Of a stretch of 64,000 nucleotides of DNA, positions 63,113-64,000 are shown in pieces (within the stretch, counting starts at the first letter, position 1; each line of letters begins with the position of its first letter). Below the pieces are notes generated by a model. That model was not told the origin of the DNA, ran no database searches, and saw only the letters and a program-made list of their open reading frames with translations. Source of the DNA: Paraspadella gotoi (Eukaryota; Animalia; Chaetognatha). The translations under genes were made by a program, and so were the position numbers. The stretch spans positions 28,582,443 through 28,646,442 of the forward strand of contig CM119265.1 of NCBI GenBank assembly GCA_051294375.1. The letters run 5' to 3'.

Positions 63113-64000
63113 AACAAGTTTGAGCAAACAATGTCGGATCTGCCTACGATAATTAATTAATTAATAGATTAATAAATTAATTTTAGATTAATTAATTAAT
63201 TAATAGATTAATTAATTAATTAATTTAAATAATTAATTAATAAATTAATTAATTAATTAATTTAAATAATTAATTATAATTTATATTCAGCTTGTCATCA
63301 TCGATGTCATTAAAATTGAGTCAGGACAGTTATTAAATGTTTTGTTTACATTTTATCAAAACAAACAAATATCTTCTATTTTATTTTATGTCTCCTTCTC
63401 TTTCTCTCTCTCTCTCACTCTTTCTCTCTCTCTCACTCTCTCTCTTTCTCTCTCTCTCACTCTCTCTCTTTCTCTCTCACTCTCTTTCTTTCTCTCTCTC
63501 TCTCTCTTTTTATGCAATTGCATCATTTTTTCAACTTGCATCATTTTTTCAACTTGCATTCCGTCAAAACTTTATATCTAGCTTCTTCACTCACTTTCCT
63601 ACCGGCTCACAAAATTTCATCTCAATCTATCATGGGTTAAAATAAATAAAAAGATTCAATTAAATGTGACTCATATTTTTTTCATTTAAACTCATTTCCA
63701 CTGGTATGTTTCCACCGAAACTTTATATCAAGCTTCGTCACACATTTTCCTACCCACACACAACATTTCAACTCAATCTATCCTTCCAATTATGATTAAT
63801 TAGAGTATTTATTGGTAAAAATAAGTAAAAAGATTTTAGTAAATGCGACTTATGTTTTTTCCATTTAAACTAATTTCCACTCACACGATTCCATCGAAAC
63901 TTTATATCCAGCTTTATCACACACTTTCCTACCCACACACAAAATTTAATTCCAATCCAACCAGCCAATCACGAGTTATTGGAGCTTTTTGCTATGGTGG
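63113..64000 (-). mobile_element. HINE-family copy, truncated by the window end
   Basis: AACAAGTTTGAGCAAACAATGTCGGATCTGCCTACG end plus subrepeats. Confidence 0.7.

Overview
AT-rich eukaryotic (animal-like) genomic DNA with spliceosomal introns, from a draft long-read assembly. It has three N gaps and two error-rich duplicated stretches (about 6323-10780 and 23200-33293). The main object is an LTR element at 2237-15043: ~1.0 kb LTRs, AGCAG target-site duplication, and a ~46-nt tRNA-Lys(CUU) primer-binding site. It encodes two C2H2 zinc-finger proteins, a coiled-coil/Zn-knuckle-like protein, a stand-alone Gypsy-type integrase and an ankyrin-repeat/SOCS-box protein. Four of these five ORFs sit behind their own splice acceptor, and no protease, RT or RNase H is visible. 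A 2 kb LTR element with a Trp-like PBS is nested in a noisy second copy of it. Host genes: a 7-exon PITP, an NLR-like HEPN-NACHT-Kelch gene, a phosducin-like gene and a divergent multipass (GPCR-like) membrane protein. Repeats include DINE-1/HINE-like Helentron elements, Penelope-like inverted elements carrying minimal hammerhead ribozymes, tRNA-derived SINEs, a LINE remnant and many mini/microsatellites. All calls come from manual motif recognition; no database search was run.
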